Notes: a model not told the origin generated them from the sequence alone. Shown: positions 40,210 to 49,791, numbered from the stretch's first letter. The stretch is 64,000 bases of DNA from a virus (IMGVR_UViG_3300025849_001733:1714-65713), one strand, 5' to 3'. Numbers and translations are program-made.

Positions 40210-41513
40210 GCCGCTACCTCGTAGTGTGCTGTTTGACCAAATGGTGCTTGTAGGTTTTTATCATGATGCGAGTGAATAACAAATACTGTATCACAGTAAT
40301 CTTCATCTCCCCAACTATCCCAAGCATACCCGTCTGTAAACATAAGGAATTTTTTAGGAGCAATATCATGTTCTTTCATGTATGTCCAGTTAGCCATAAA
40401 GTCAGTGCCGCCACCGCCTTTTATTTCATAGTCTGTAATCTCACGTCCGTCATCTGCACTAAAGTCATCTTCACCATATACTTCTGTATCAAAGCACCAA
40501 ATTTTAATATTATAGTCTTTATACTCGTCCATAATACCTTTTACTTCACCTAAGAAGTCCTGTGCTTGTTTATTACCAATAGAGCCACTCATATCTAATG
40601 CAATACAAATATCAATTGTTTGATCAAAGTTCATGCCTGGAAGTACAGCGCCACTCTGCCAACCTTTGCGTGAAGGTCGACTAAATGAATAATCACTTTT
40701 AATCGTTGACTGTATTTGTTGACGTAGTATTTCACGCCAGTTCATTTTAGGTTCAGTAAGCTCATTAATCATACGTTGTACGCCGGCAGGTGTATTACCA
40801 GCACCAGCACTTTGTGCGGCATTAATAGTAGCTTCTTTTATTTCGTCTTTAATTTGTTTAATTTCTTCTTTAGAGTACTTAGGCTTTTGCTTGCTAACAC
40901 CATTTCCGTTTGCATCTTTTTGTTCGCCTGCACCGGATTTTCCGTCTTCGCCTTCGTTATCTAAATGTTCGTCTAGCATTTCGCCAAGTTGTTCTAAAAA
41001 TTCTTCGCCATTCTTTTTGGCTGTTTCGAACAATTCGTCATAAACTTGTTCACTAGTCCATCCTTCATATTTAAAGTCTTGATAGCAATCTACAATCTTA
41101 GGTTTGTGTCCAATTCGATCACGTACTAGTAGATTATTTACAATGTAATCAGCGGCAATGTTATATAACATAGGATTACGTTCTTCACGTCGACCTAAGT
41201 GATCAAATACCATATGCAAAATTTCGTGTGCAATAACAAATTCAATTTCTTTATTATCCATTGCATTAAAGAATTGTGTGTTATAATAAAGGTTACGTCC
41301 ATCTACAGCCGCTGTTGGTAGCCAGTCATCTGCTGCTAGGATTTTTAAACGTGTAGCCATGTTACCAAAGAACGGATGTCTAAGCAATAGACCTACTCTT
41401 GCAACAACAATTCGATCGTATACTTCTACACGCATTTCTTCAAGTTGCTCGGGAGTAATATCTGGATTTGGTTGCCAGTTTTTAAGTTTACTTGCGGTTT
41501 CTTTAGTACTCAT
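40206..41513 (-). CDS. DUF2201-like metallopeptidase plus vWA domain protein
   Basis: AHEILH zincin motif; DMSGS MIDAS, GGGGTDF, TDGY. Confidence 0.85.
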   Translation of the reverse strand: MSTKETASKLKNWQPNPDITPEQLEEMRVEVYDRIVVARVGLLLRHPFFGNMATRLKILAADDWLPTAAVDGRNLYYNTQFFNAMDNKEIEFVIAHEILHMVFDHLGRREERNPMLYNIAADYIVNNLLVRDRIGHKPKIVDCYQDFKYEGWTSEQVYDELFETAKKNGEEFLEQLGEMLDEHLDNEGEDGKSGAGEQKDANGNGVSKQKPKYSKEEIKQIKDEIKEATINAAQSAGAGNTPAGVQRMINELTEPKMNWREILRQQIQSTIKSDYSFSRPSRKGWQSGAVLPGMNFDQTIDICIALDMSGSIGNKQAQDFLGEVKGIMDEYKDYNIKIWCFDTEVYGEDDFSADDGREITDYEIKGGGGTDFMANWTYMKEHDIAPKKFLMFTDGYAWDSWGDEDYCDTVFVIHSHHDKNLQAPFGQTAHYEVAA

Positions 41514-41544
41514 AATCTTTGCCCTTTATTTAATTTATATATAC

Positions 41545-41573
41545 ATTATACTATTATTTAAGACATTTGTCAA
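41545..41573 (-). promoter_or_regulatory. Perfect sigma70 promoter TTGACA-17-TATAAT
   Basis: Minus strand, upstream of ATG 41513. Confidence 0.8.
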
Positions 41574-41576
41574 GAG

Positions 41577-41604
41577 AAAAAAGGCGAGTCCAAAAGAACC
41601 CGCC
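41577..41604 (-). terminator. Rho-independent terminator after MoxR gene
   Basis: Minus RNA GGCGGGUUC-UUUU-GGACUCGCC then U6. Confidence 0.75.
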
Positions 41605-41613
41605 TTTTTAATA

Positions 41614-42699
41614 TTAAGCCTGTTGTGCGGCATTAATATACTTGCCATAACGTTCGTGGAATTCATCAAAGCACTCCACTTCGTCTGGATCAATGGGCAA
41701 TTGGTACTGAGTAAGTGCGAGCTTAATGCCCATTACAACTAATTCAGTATCAAAATTATCCATTGCAAAGCGCAGGAAGTTATTGACTTTAGAATCAAAC
41801 TTTTCATCATTAGAGTCTGATGCTTCTTTCAATTCGTAACAAAGTGAAACTGTTAAGGAATACATTGCACTGATTTCTTTAGTTTTCATCTCCTTTACTT
41901 TTCCTGCTAAAATATCAGTTGGATTAGGCATGCTCGCCGCTACCTTACGATGAGCCATAAACTTGACAGCCAATCCTTCACCAACTGCACCACTAACCAA
42001 ATCAGTAGTAGTGTTTTCATCCAAATTGTCTTCTAGCAATTCACTTACAAAAGACCAACTACGTGGTGTTGCAAATGAACGGCTCGGACTTTTTGGATCA
42101 AAATCGTATAAATCTTTTTTTGCGAAAGTCAAATAACCAACAACATCTTGGTGTATATTGTTTTCAACACTCCAGTTAAACCAGTCATCAAAGTTAACAG
42201 CAAGTTCCAAGTGGATGAAACGATTAGCTAACGGAGCAGGCATACGATATGTAACGCCTTTGTCTGCTTCACGATTACCTGCCGCTACAATCATTACATT
42301 GTCTGGAAGTTTGTATGTACCAACCTTACGATTAAGAATAAGCTGATATGCTGCTGCTTGTACACTAGGCGCCGCAGAGTTCATTTCGTCTAAGAACAGT
42401 ACAATATTATCGTATTGTGCTGCAAATTCTTCGCTTGGAAGTTCGCTAGGCGCACCCCAAACCATTGTACCCGAGTTACTATCAAAGTACGGAATACCTT
42501 TAATGTCTGTAGGTTCCCATAATGACAATCGAATATCAATTAAGTATGATTTTGTAAAGCCATCTGTAATTTGCTTTACAATATCTGATTTACCAATACC
42601 TGGAGGTCCCCAAAGGAAGATTGGACGCTTTTTACTCAAAGCGTGTTTAATTGAGGTTTTTGCGCCGTTTGGGCTAACTGTACGTGTTGCTGTATCCAT
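41614..42699 (-). CDS. MoxR-like AAA+ ATPase
   Basis: GPPGIGKS Walker A, LFLDE Walker B, AAGN, ANRF; start MDTAT after GAGG. Confidence 0.88.
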   Translation of the reverse strand: MDTATRTVSPNGAKTSIKHALSKKRPIFLWGPPGIGKSDIVKQITDGFTKSYLIDIRLSLWEPTDIKGIPYFDSNSGTMVWGAPSELPSEEFAAQYDNIVLFLDEMNSAAPSVQAAAYQLILNRKVGTYKLPDNVMIVAAGNREADKGVTYRMPAPLANRFIHLELAVNFDDWFNWSVENNIHQDVVGYLTFAKKDLYDFDPKSPSRSFATPRSWSFVSELLEDNLDENTTTDLVSGAVGEGLAVKFMAHRKVAASMPNPTDILAGKVKEMKTKEISAMYSLTVSLCYELKEASDSNDEKFDSKVNNFLRFAMDNFDTELVVMGIKLALTQYQLPIDPDEVECFDEFHERYGKYINAAQQA

Positions 42700-42754
42700 T
42701 GTATATTCCTCTTGTGTTGTCATCAGTGCTAAGTTAATTTCTAACTATATATAC

Positions 42755-42783
42755 AGTATATGGCCTATTTGGAAGAATGTCAA
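42755..42783 (-). promoter_or_regulatory. sigma70 promoter TTGACA-17-TATACT
   Basis: Minus strand, upstream of MoxR gene. Confidence 0.75.
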
Positions 42784-42795
42784 GTGTTTTTTTAA

Positions 42796-43176
42796 TTATT
42801 TTTGTCTTTTCATGGCTTTTGTTAGGCCATATTTACGGATATCTCCTGAGAAAAGATGAAGTTCGAGTGCTTTCTTTTCGTCCGTAACAGTTATACTTCT
42901 TCTGCCCATATAATAAGGACAGTCGATAAACTTGTCTAAAAAAATAATAGTTTGAGTAGTTAGTTCAAAGTCTTTGGGATAAGGTACATCGTATATAGAT
43001 AATTGTATATCTTCTGTAATACAACGAAAACCTTCGTCAGTTAAGCGCAATCCGCCTTGTTCTTTGTTACGAGTATTTTGCCACCATTTAGGCATGTATT
43101 CTTTAAGAGTAGCTTCTGTAACAGCTATATCTAAACTCTTTAAGAATATCTTAGTATAGGTATCTTTCCAGTTCAT
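42796..43176 (-). CDS. Hypothetical phage protein
   Basis: 126 aa, GGLRLT motif, coupled. Confidence 0.65.
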   Translation of the reverse strand: MNWKDTYTKIFLKSLDIAVTEATLKEYMPKWWQNTRNKEQGGLRLTDEGFRCITEDIQLSIYDVPYPKDFELTTQTIIFLDKFIDCPYYMGRRSITVTDEKKALELHLFSGDIRKYGLTKAMKRQK

Positions 43177-43466
43177 TGGTTATCAAAGACTAGTTCACCT
43201 TGAGTCAACTTCACTACAGTAAACTCGTCACAGTTAAACATTTCGTTTAGTTTTAAAGCAAGGTTGTGAGCGTGACCTGGATTAGAAAAACTAACCTTTT
43301 TATACTTTGGCCCAGGATAATTTGTAAGGGCGTTAGCACTTTTTAAATTGAAAGGTTGACCTTGATAAAACACAGCCCAAATTGCTTCGGCTTGAAGAAC
43401 TTGTTCACTCTTATAAGTTTTTTTATCAATGTTTTCTAATAATACTGTTGGTTTAGGTCTACTCAT
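43173..43466 (-). CDS. Hypothetical phage protein
   Basis: 97 aa, AAGGA RBS, ATAAATA at 43503-43497. Confidence 0.7.
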   Translation of the reverse strand: MSRPKPTVLLENIDKKTYKSEQVLQAEAIWAVFYQGQPFNLKSANALTNYPGPKYKKVSFSNPGHAHNLALKLNEMFNCDEFTVVKLTQGELVFDNQ

Positions 43467-43529
43467 ATACGTAATTCCTTTAATTAACTACGTATATATT
43501 TATCTCTTTTTAGTTATATATGTACTTAA

Positions 43530-44072
43530 CTAGTAGCAACACCAACCAGTAATAATGTATTTTGTTTCGGTAGGAGCAGGTACTCCATAATGATAGTGTG
43601 TCCATCCTGCAGGCCAAATAACAGTAAGTCCGGCATGACTGGGTGTAACAACATTTTGTTGAGTAAACATAGTTCCACCGCCATCTTTAATAGTAGTAAG
43701 ATATGTCATATAAGATAGATGTCGTTGTGCGTGTTCGGGATATCCGTCATTCTCACAATGTGCTACACTATATGAATCATTAGGTTTGTATACTTGAATC
43801 CTTGGCCTAGTGAATCCCCAAGGTTTAATATGTTCAACTGATCTAGGATATTTATTTGTATAGTGTTGTATAGTGCTAATAAGTTGCCCACAATATTCTT
43901 CGCATAAGTCGTTATCAAACTCACCGAAGTCAGACCATGAATACTGTCTAGGTTCGTCATAGGTTAAACTAGATGAATCCAGGTCGCATTTGTCAACTAT
44001 ACGCTGACAAAGGTTGGTACTAGTATACCATCCTCCTATAAAATCATTAGTTAAAAGCTCATGTTCTACCAA
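43530..44072 (-). CDS. 2OG-Fe(II) oxygenase
   Basis: AHCE...MTYL...GGGT.F...WPAGWTHYH...KYIITGW. Confidence 0.85.
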   Translation of the reverse strand: MVEHELLTNDFIGGWYTSTNLCQRIVDKCDLDSSSLTYDEPRQYSWSDFGEFDNDLCEEYCGQLISTIQHYTNKYPRSVEHIKPWGFTRPRIQVYKPNDSYSVAHCENDGYPEHAQRHLSYMTYLTTIKDGGGTMFTQQNVVTPSHAGLTVIWPAGWTHYHYGVPAPTETKYIITGWCCY

Positions 44073-44302
44073 TTTTGTCCGCCATCTAGTTGAACTTGTA
44101 CAACATTATCTTCTTCGTTTTTCTTCAACAGTAGGGCTTCTAAATCGCCGTTTAAGCGTGTCATTACTTCGCCTAGTGTAAATGCTAGTCTTTTTGCATT
44201 TTGTATATCTAACTTAACTTCTCGTTGCTTTGAAGCATCTGCACCTTTTACAGCATTAATAAATTGTTGTATTGGTATAGTGTTTAATTGTTCATTGTCC
44301 AT
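44066..44302 (-). CDS. Hypothetical phage protein
   Basis: 78 aa, AGGAG RBS. Confidence 0.7.
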   Translation of the reverse strand: MDNEQLNTIPIQQFINAVKGADASKQREVKLDIQNAKRLAFTLGEVMTRLNGDLEALLLKKNEEDNVVQVQLDGGQNW

Positions 44303-44312
44303 AGTATCTCCT

Positions 44313-45023
44313 TTATTGTATAAAAAACATCTGGTTTAATCTATACAAATCGTTTATATATTTGCCTGGCTTTATATATGGGTGATGATATAATTTTGAA
44401 CTATATAAAATGAATCGATTATATTTCATTTCTGCTATATGTTCTAATTTCCAATCCCCTACACTATCAGTTACAAATTCGTTGTACGGCTCTGTGTCAG
44501 TAGTAGACTTTCTTAGTTCACTACCATTTCCTGTAAACTTGTTATTAAAAGAATAAAATCCAGTACCACCTTCGCATTCATCAGGAGTATTTAAAAATAC
44601 AGTTCCGGCAAATGCATTTGCATCAACATGATCAACATGCGGTACTCTTGGTTTAATCCATTCATCTTGCATAACATTTACTATAAATGTTGCTGCAGAC
44701 AATTTTTCAATAATGTAATTGTCCGGCATTTTACTCCAGGTACTAGGCCAAACTTCCTTAATTATATCGTTGAACAATGGACCAAAGTGTGCTAATGAAA
44801 ATATTGAATCTATTCTGCCACCTGGAAAGTTATTAACTAAAGACTTAGAATTAAAACATGGCGGTATGTCTAATGCTAATTGTCTAACAGCATCTGGATT
44901 AGCATATAAGTTATCTATTGTTACTATAGGCCAGTTACCTACTGAACCTAGTCTAGTTATAGAAATTTTTAGATCAGGATTAAGTTTAAATGTTTCAGCT
45001 TCATCTATGATCTTTTTATGCAT
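44313..45023 (-). CDS. 2OG-Fe(II) oxygenase-like (DUF6445-like)
   Basis: IDNLY.NP...PHVD...GGTGFY...YNR...YH...RLNQ.FF. Confidence 0.7.
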   Translation of the reverse strand: MHKKIIDEAETFKLNPDLKISITRLGSVGNWPIVTIDNLYANPDAVRQLALDIPPCFNSKSLVNNFPGGRIDSIFSLAHFGPLFNDIIKEVWPSTWSKMPDNYIIEKLSAATFIVNVMQDEWIKPRVPHVDHVDANAFAGTVFLNTPDECEGGTGFYSFNNKFTGNGSELRKSTTDTEPYNEFVTDSVGDWKLEHIAEMKYNRFILYSSKLYHHPYIKPGKYINDLYRLNQMFFIQ

Positions 45024-45831
45024 TTAGTACCTCAGGTATAAATTTAGTTCCAATAATCTCATGGGCTTCTTGATTGTAATGGACTTCATCTTGTAACATT
45101 TTGCTTATATCTTTATTTAAGTTTTTCTTAATCCAAGATTGTGCTGATGTTGTAAATAGTTTTGTTTGTGTAAGATTATAAAACTCATTTAAATTACTGG
45201 GTAGTTCGACATGATCATTTATACGCCATATGTATACTTTAATATCTCTTTCTCTACACATAGCATCAATAAGTGCAATGTCTTTGCAATATTGTTCGTA
45301 TACCATATGAGTTAGCACCTGATGATGTACTACAGTTTTATAGTATCCTTGTTCATCACCCGGCCAAGATTTAGGTACCCAATGTTGCGGCCACTGTTGA
45401 TTGCCGTCGATTAAACCTTTGCCATTAAACTTAATTTTATCACTCCATTCAACTATGCTATAATCTATGGTAGAAAAATCAGTGTGTAATGTAAAGTCTT
45501 CACTATCTTCGTGTGTTGTTAAAAAATAATCATTAGGTAGTTGGGTAAATCCAATATCTTTAGAATACCCCATTTTCCATCTATCCCAATGTGTTGTTTG
45601 TATGACTATCTTATCTATGTTAGAATATTTTCTAAGCATGTTTGATATCCATCGAGGATATACTGAATTTGGTGCACCTGGATCAGCATAAACTATACAA
45701 GGATTTATTTCTTTTGCATAAAATCTTGCATAACAATTCGTGTCGCCGAATTTGGGGTCATCAAAAGAATGCGCCCAGTAACCTCCTGAGTGACTATCCC
45801 CAACAAATAAAGTCTTATTTTGCATTTGCAC
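45016..45831 (-). CDS. SGNH/GDSL-like protein
   Basis: FVGDSHS and DEVHYN. Confidence 0.6.
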   Translation of the reverse strand: MQMQNKTLFVGDSHSGGYWAHSFDDPKFGDTNCYARFYAKEINPCIVYADPGAPNSVYPRWISNMLRKYSNIDKIVIQTTHWDRWKMGYSKDIGFTQLPNDYFLTTHEDSEDFTLHTDFSTIDYSIVEWSDKIKFNGKGLIDGNQQWPQHWVPKSWPGDEQGYYKTVVHHQVLTHMVYEQYCKDIALIDAMCRERDIKVYIWRINDHVELPSNLNEFYNLTQTKLFTTSAQSWIKKNLNKDISKMLQDEVHYNQEAHEIIGTKFIPEVLNA

Positions 45832-46297
45832 GACTCAGCTGCTGACGCATTTCTAAATCGGTTTTAAACGGGCCTTCAGTTTCATAACGTTCGACAGTAA
45901 TAAGTTTAGGACAAAAACTTTTAACCCAGCCCTTGTCAAACTTAATAATAAAGTATCCTGCACAGTATAAGCTCTTAGACTTTTTACTTTTTGTAAATAA
46001 TGCAAGACGTTGTTTGACATCAAACATTGGATTGTAAGGTGCGCAACTAGTATTAAATCCGTAGATTTTAAATTCTTTTGTTTCACTTACAGGTTCTAAA
46101 GAAGACCAAGTAATGTCAGCATCTAAATTTTTAGTTAGTGCTTTTATATTTTTATAAAATTTAGTGCCGCCACCTTGTGATGAATACATCAGTTGACTAT
46201 CATCACCAATACTTAGTGTAGCAACTTTTTCGCCTTCGCTTTCAACTATCCAAAATTTATTCTTTAAAATTTCTTTTGCACTTAATCTTTCTGACAT
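45815..46297 (-). CDS. Hypothetical phage protein
   Basis: Start MSERL after AAGGAG; KSLYCAGY...FCPK. Confidence 0.7.
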   Translation of the reverse strand: MSERLSAKEILKNKFWIVESEGEKVATLSIGDDSQLMYSSQGGGTKFYKNIKALTKNLDADITWSSLEPVSETKEFKIYGFNTSCAPYNPMFDVKQRLALFTKSKKSKSLYCAGYFIIKFDKGWVKSFCPKLITVERYETEGPFKTDLEMRQQLSRANAK

Positions 46298-46298
46298 A

Positions 46299-47285
46299 TT
46301 ATGCTCCTTGATATTTTGCTTGCAACGGTGGAGAAAAGTGTTGCGCTTGATCAGCAACTCTTTGCATATCCCATTTAGCACAGAACTTCATAAGACGCAT
46401 GCCTACTTGTGTAATGTCTTTAGGTTCTACCTCTGCAATAGTATTATTAATTATCTCTCTAATTTCTGTAGGCTGTGCTGTAAGATCGCACAACACAACA
46501 TTTCGGTTGTAATCATCTAGTACACGATGCTCATCACCATTATGATCAGTCCAACGCTGTAGCATCATGTTATTCCAATTGTAACCTTTAGTACCTTTGT
46601 CTTCGTATGCTTCAATAAGACCTACTTTATTCTTAGTACCTTTCTTACGTACACCTGGATAAGCACTAAACACGTTGTCACTAGTATCACCACGCATACA
46701 CTTCTCAAACAACATAAAGTCGGGATTAGGTGCAGGCTTAGCTTCTTTAGTTTTCTTATCAATTACATGATTACCTTTCTTATCAAAGTAACCTTCGTGT
46801 GTAATTGTAACATCTTGTATGCCGTTGTACTGTTTTACATTAGGAGCAATTAGCTGTGCAAAGTCACCGTCTGTGCTAATAATAACATGATTGTCGTTAG
46901 GGTGTGCTTGTACCCAGCCTGCAATCAAATCATCTGCTTCTAGTTGCGGATGTCGCATAACAGTACAATTAGTTTTGTCTGTAACAAAATCTTTAAACTC
47001 ATCAAAGATCTCCCAAAACGCTGTATCTTCTTCTGCTTCTTTTACAGTAAGTGCATCACGTGCAACTTGTCGATTGCGCTTGTAAGGCTCATAATAGTCC
47101 TTGCGCCAGCTACGACCTTCTAAACAAAATACAACATGACTGCCATTAAAATCTTGCCATGCTTTCTTAACACTATTAAGTGTAATATGTAGGGCCATAC
47201 CAACTTTAGTATCTAAGTCACCACGTACTACGTGTCGAGCTCTAAAGAACGTATTTGCTGTATCTACTAGTATATAAGTTTCCAT
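46299..47285 (-). CDS. rnh: T4 RNase H-like 5'-3' exonuclease (FEN family)
   Basis: ILVD, YKRNR, EADDLIA, STDGDF.QL, GDTSDN. Confidence 0.88.
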   Translation of the reverse strand: METYILVDTANTFFRARHVVRGDLDTKVGMALHITLNSVKKAWQDFNGSHVVFCLEGRSWRKDYYEPYKRNRQVARDALTVKEAEEDTAFWEIFDEFKDFVTDKTNCTVMRHPQLEADDLIAGWVQAHPNDNHVIISTDGDFAQLIAPNVKQYNGIQDVTITHEGYFDKKGNHVIDKKTKEAKPAPNPDFMLFEKCMRGDTSDNVFSAYPGVRKKGTKNKVGLIEAYEDKGTKGYNWNNMMLQRWTDHNGDEHRVLDDYNRNVVLCDLTAQPTEIREIINNTIAEVEPKDITQVGMRLMKFCAKWDMQRVADQAQHFSPPLQAKYQGA

Positions 47286-47286
47286 G

Positions 47287-47373
47287 TTACGCACACCCCG
47301 ATACACATATCATAAATGCTTCATTACCAAGTACTTGTACAAGTACCCATGTAATTGCGATAATTTCTATCAT
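47287..47373 (-). CDS. Small hydrophobic peptide MIEIIAITWVLVQVLGNEAFMICVSGCA (not in ORF track)
   Basis: AAAGG RBS, directly after a sigma70 promoter, stop 1 nt before rnh ATG. Confidence 0.55.
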   Translation of the reverse strand: MIEIIAITWVLVQVLGNEAFMICVSGCA

Positions 47374-47402
47374 AGTTCTGCCTTTGTATAATTTATAGTG
47401 TT

Positions 47403-47431
47403 ATTGTAACACCAAATCTGGCTGTTGTCAA
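47403..47431 (-). promoter_or_regulatory. sigma70 promoter TTGACA-17-TACAAT
   Basis: Minus strand, intergenic. Confidence 0.75.
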
Positions 47432-47434
47432 GCA

Positions 47435-47818
47435 TTAACTTACTTCACTTTTGCCTTTATCAATAGGCACAACATTAATATATCCTGCACCTCTTGTAGT
47501 ATCCATGCCTTCTTCTTCAAGCATGTTGTACACAATATCTCTAAACCAACGATCTACAATTTCTTCTTCCGGATCAGCTCTTTCACCGTAACCGTTTTGT
47601 ATAAGCTCTGTAATAAAGTATTCGTTCCAATCAAGTTCAAAAAATCCGTTACGGATATTTTCTTTATTTACTTGCATGTCAAGAACATTAACCCAAGGCT
47701 CTTTTTTACGTGTAGCATAAGCCTTAGGATCTTTCTTTTTAAGAAGAGTAAGTTCTTCTTCTTTAATACGTGCTTCTTCTTTATCGAGTCCTGTTAGTTT
47801 TTTTAACCAGTTTTTCAT
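47435..47818 (-). CDS. Hypothetical phage protein
   Basis: 127 aa, FELDWN...GY...VDRWF. Confidence 0.7.
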   Translation of the reverse strand: MKNWLKKLTGLDKEEARIKEEELTLLKKKDPKAYATRKKEPWVNVLDMQVNKENIRNGFFELDWNEYFITELIQNGYGERADPEEEIVDRWFRDIVYNMLEEEGMDTTRGAGYINVVPIDKGKSEVS

Positions 47819-47907
47819 AATAGTCCTTTTTCCCTTAGCTCTTCATCAAGCGGTTTGTTAATCTTAGCAGTCATAGCACGTTCATGCTGTGCATTTTTAT
47901 ATGCCAT
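47815..47907 (-). CDS. Possible 30-aa peptide MAYKNAQHERAM...
   Basis: Fills the gap after queE and is ATGA-coupled to next gene. Confidence 0.35.
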   Translation of the reverse strand: MAYKNAQHERAMTAKINKPLDEELREKGLL

Positions 47908-47914
47908 AGACTTT

Positions 47915-48808
47915 TTAAGTTCCCCAGGCATTTCCGAATAAACTGATGTGGAGTCTTGGAGTGAATCTCCATCCTCTTTCCATACAGGCTTCCGCCACGT
48001 CTTTAACGTTGAGGGAATATTCTTCACTGCGTCCGCCCATTGGCATAAGATATACCGGACATTCCACCCCGGCACTTCTGTAAGCGTCCACAGCTTTTGT
48101 AACTTCGTCAAAGTCGTCATCAGTAGCCACAACAAACTTAAGATAAAGCTCACTATTGTTAACACTGCTATACTCACTAGCAATATTAGGTTTAATAGCA
48201 GTCTCCCAAGGTTCTCCTGAGACACTAAGTTTTGGGGAACAGCTCCAAGTGACCGTAAGTCTGTTGCTATCGTTGAGATAGTCTCGGAGACCGTTGTGTA
48301 AAGGTTGTGTAGTGTTTGTTTCAAATGTAACATTTTTTAAGTCCTGCATACGTGGATGTTCAAAGAGTTCTACGTATAATCGTTGCCACGCTAACAACGG
48401 TTCTCCACCTGTCATGATCAAGTGTATGTCTTGACCATTATCCATTGTCCACTTACCTTCTGGAGTAAGCGACAGCAAATGTTCAACTACTTCTTCAACT
48501 TCTGCTTGTTTGTTAAAGTGTTTGAATTCTGGGTATATACTTGCATATGTATCACAACCTGTATGAATAATAGGCAAATCGTTAAACTCTTTTGTAGTCT
48601 TGTGTACATCGTTTGCAATTAGATCTGCAACTTCTTGATTATGTATAACACCTGCTTTTTGTTTTTCGTCACGCATAGGTTCATTCTTTAAACCAAAGTT
48701 CATACAACGAAAGTTACAACCGAATGTGCGTAGGAATACACTGGGTACTCCTACAAACTTGCCTTCACCTTGTACGCTATAAAACGCTTCTGAATATCTA
48801 AGTTTCAT
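47915..48808 (-). CDS. queE: 7-carboxy-7-deazaguanine synthase (radical SAM)
   Basis: EAFYSVQGEG...FLR..GCNFRC...CDT, TGGEPL, ETN, SPK, PRLH. Confidence 0.92.
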   Translation of the reverse strand: MKLRYSEAFYSVQGEGKFVGVPSVFLRTFGCNFRCMNFGLKNEPMRDEKQKAGVIHNQEVADLIANDVHKTTKEFNDLPIIHTGCDTYASIYPEFKHFNKQAEVEEVVEHLLSLTPEGKWTMDNGQDIHLIMTGGEPLLAWQRLYVELFEHPRMQDLKNVTFETNTTQPLHNGLRDYLNDSNRLTVTWSCSPKLSVSGEPWETAIKPNIASEYSSVNNSELYLKFVVATDDDFDEVTKAVDAYRSAGVECPVYLMPMGGRSEEYSLNVKDVAEACMERGWRFTPRLHISLFGNAWGT

Positions 48809-49491
48809 TAGCAACTAAACTCCTGTTGTAGTTTAATGTTATCAAAGAACTCTTTCTTTGTACCTGCATCATGTTTAAATGCACCTTTAAGTACAGTTGT
48901 TTGTGTAAGACTACTATGCGCCATAATACCGCGATTCTCACAACAACCATGTGTTGCTTGAATATACACACCTAAATGTTCAGCACCTGTTGCACTTGCA
49001 ATTTCACGTGCAATATCATTTGCAAGTTCTTCTTGTAGTGTGCCACGTCGAGCGCACCATTGTGCAATACGTGTATACTTGCTAAGACCAATTAGTTTGT
49101 CTGCGGCAATAATACCAATGTATGCAGTACCTACTACTGGCTGATGATGATGTGAACACATGCTTTTTAGTTCTGAACGTACTACTAACATACCTTCATA
49201 GCGTTCTTCGCTATCATTAGGAAATGCTGTTGCACTCGGAATAGGGTCATAACGTCCTGCCATAATCTCATTGTAGTACATTTTAGCAAGACGTCTCGCT
49301 GTACCTTCTGAATTAGGATCGTTATATCTATCAATTACGAGAGCATCAAGTACATTGTTAAATGCAAGTGTTGCATCATTGATTAGTTCTTCTTTGTCAC
49401 CGTCTTGTAAGACTTGACTAATATTGTCGCCGGCCCAATAGCGAATGTTTGCTTCTTGCAAACGGGCTTTAATTTCTTCACTTTTACTCAT
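48808..49491 (-). CDS. folE: GTP cyclohydrolase I
   Basis: SMCSHH, GLSK..R, LQE, HGC...RG. Confidence 0.95.
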   Translation of the reverse strand: MSKSEEIKARLQEANIRYWAGDNISQVLQDGDKEELINDATLAFNNVLDALVIDRYNDPNSEGTARRLAKMYYNEIMAGRYDPIPSATAFPNDSEERYEGMLVVRSELKSMCSHHHQPVVGTAYIGIIAADKLIGLSKYTRIAQWCARRGTLQEELANDIAREIASATGAEHLGVYIQATHGCCENRGIMAHSSLTQTTVLKGAFKHDAGTKKEFFDNIKLQQEFSC

Positions 49492-49550
49492 TTACTTCTC
49501 CGATGTTTAGGCAGTGGATTGCCGGTTAGTATACAATGCACAATAGTTAT

Positions 49551-49579
49551 ATTATACATTGTATTTAGGTTTTTGTCAA
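49551..49579 (-). promoter_or_regulatory. Perfect sigma70 promoter TTGACA-17-TATAAT for folE-queE
   Basis: Minus strand, intergenic. Confidence 0.8.
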
Positions 49580-49584
49580 GAGTA

Positions 49585-49791
49585 TTAAACAAAATATTTG
49601 TTTAACATTTCAAGACGGTCGTGTGCAGCAGCCATTGCATCCAATTCTTTTTGAATTGTTTCAATAATGTCTGAATGCTCACCTATACCTACAACTTTTT
49701 GCATGTATACTTCGATGTTAGTCTTGTGCAACTCTAACTCCGCTTCTGCGTGTTTTGTAGCTGCTGCTATCATTTGTTCTCTCAATTCCAT
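49585..49791 (-). CDS. Small phage protein with GIGEH motif
   Basis: 68 aa, AAGGA RBS. Confidence 0.7.
   Translation of the reverse strand: MELREQMIAAATKHAEAELELHKTNIEVYMQKVVGIGEHSDIIETIQKELDAMAAAHDRLEMLNKYFV

Noticed and set aside
49492-49550. Hairpin GGCA-ATCCAC-TGCC in the folE leader as a preQ1 riboswitch
   Set aside because: Only a 4-bp stem; lacks the preQ1-I loop and A-rich tail; an Infernal/Rfam search would settle it
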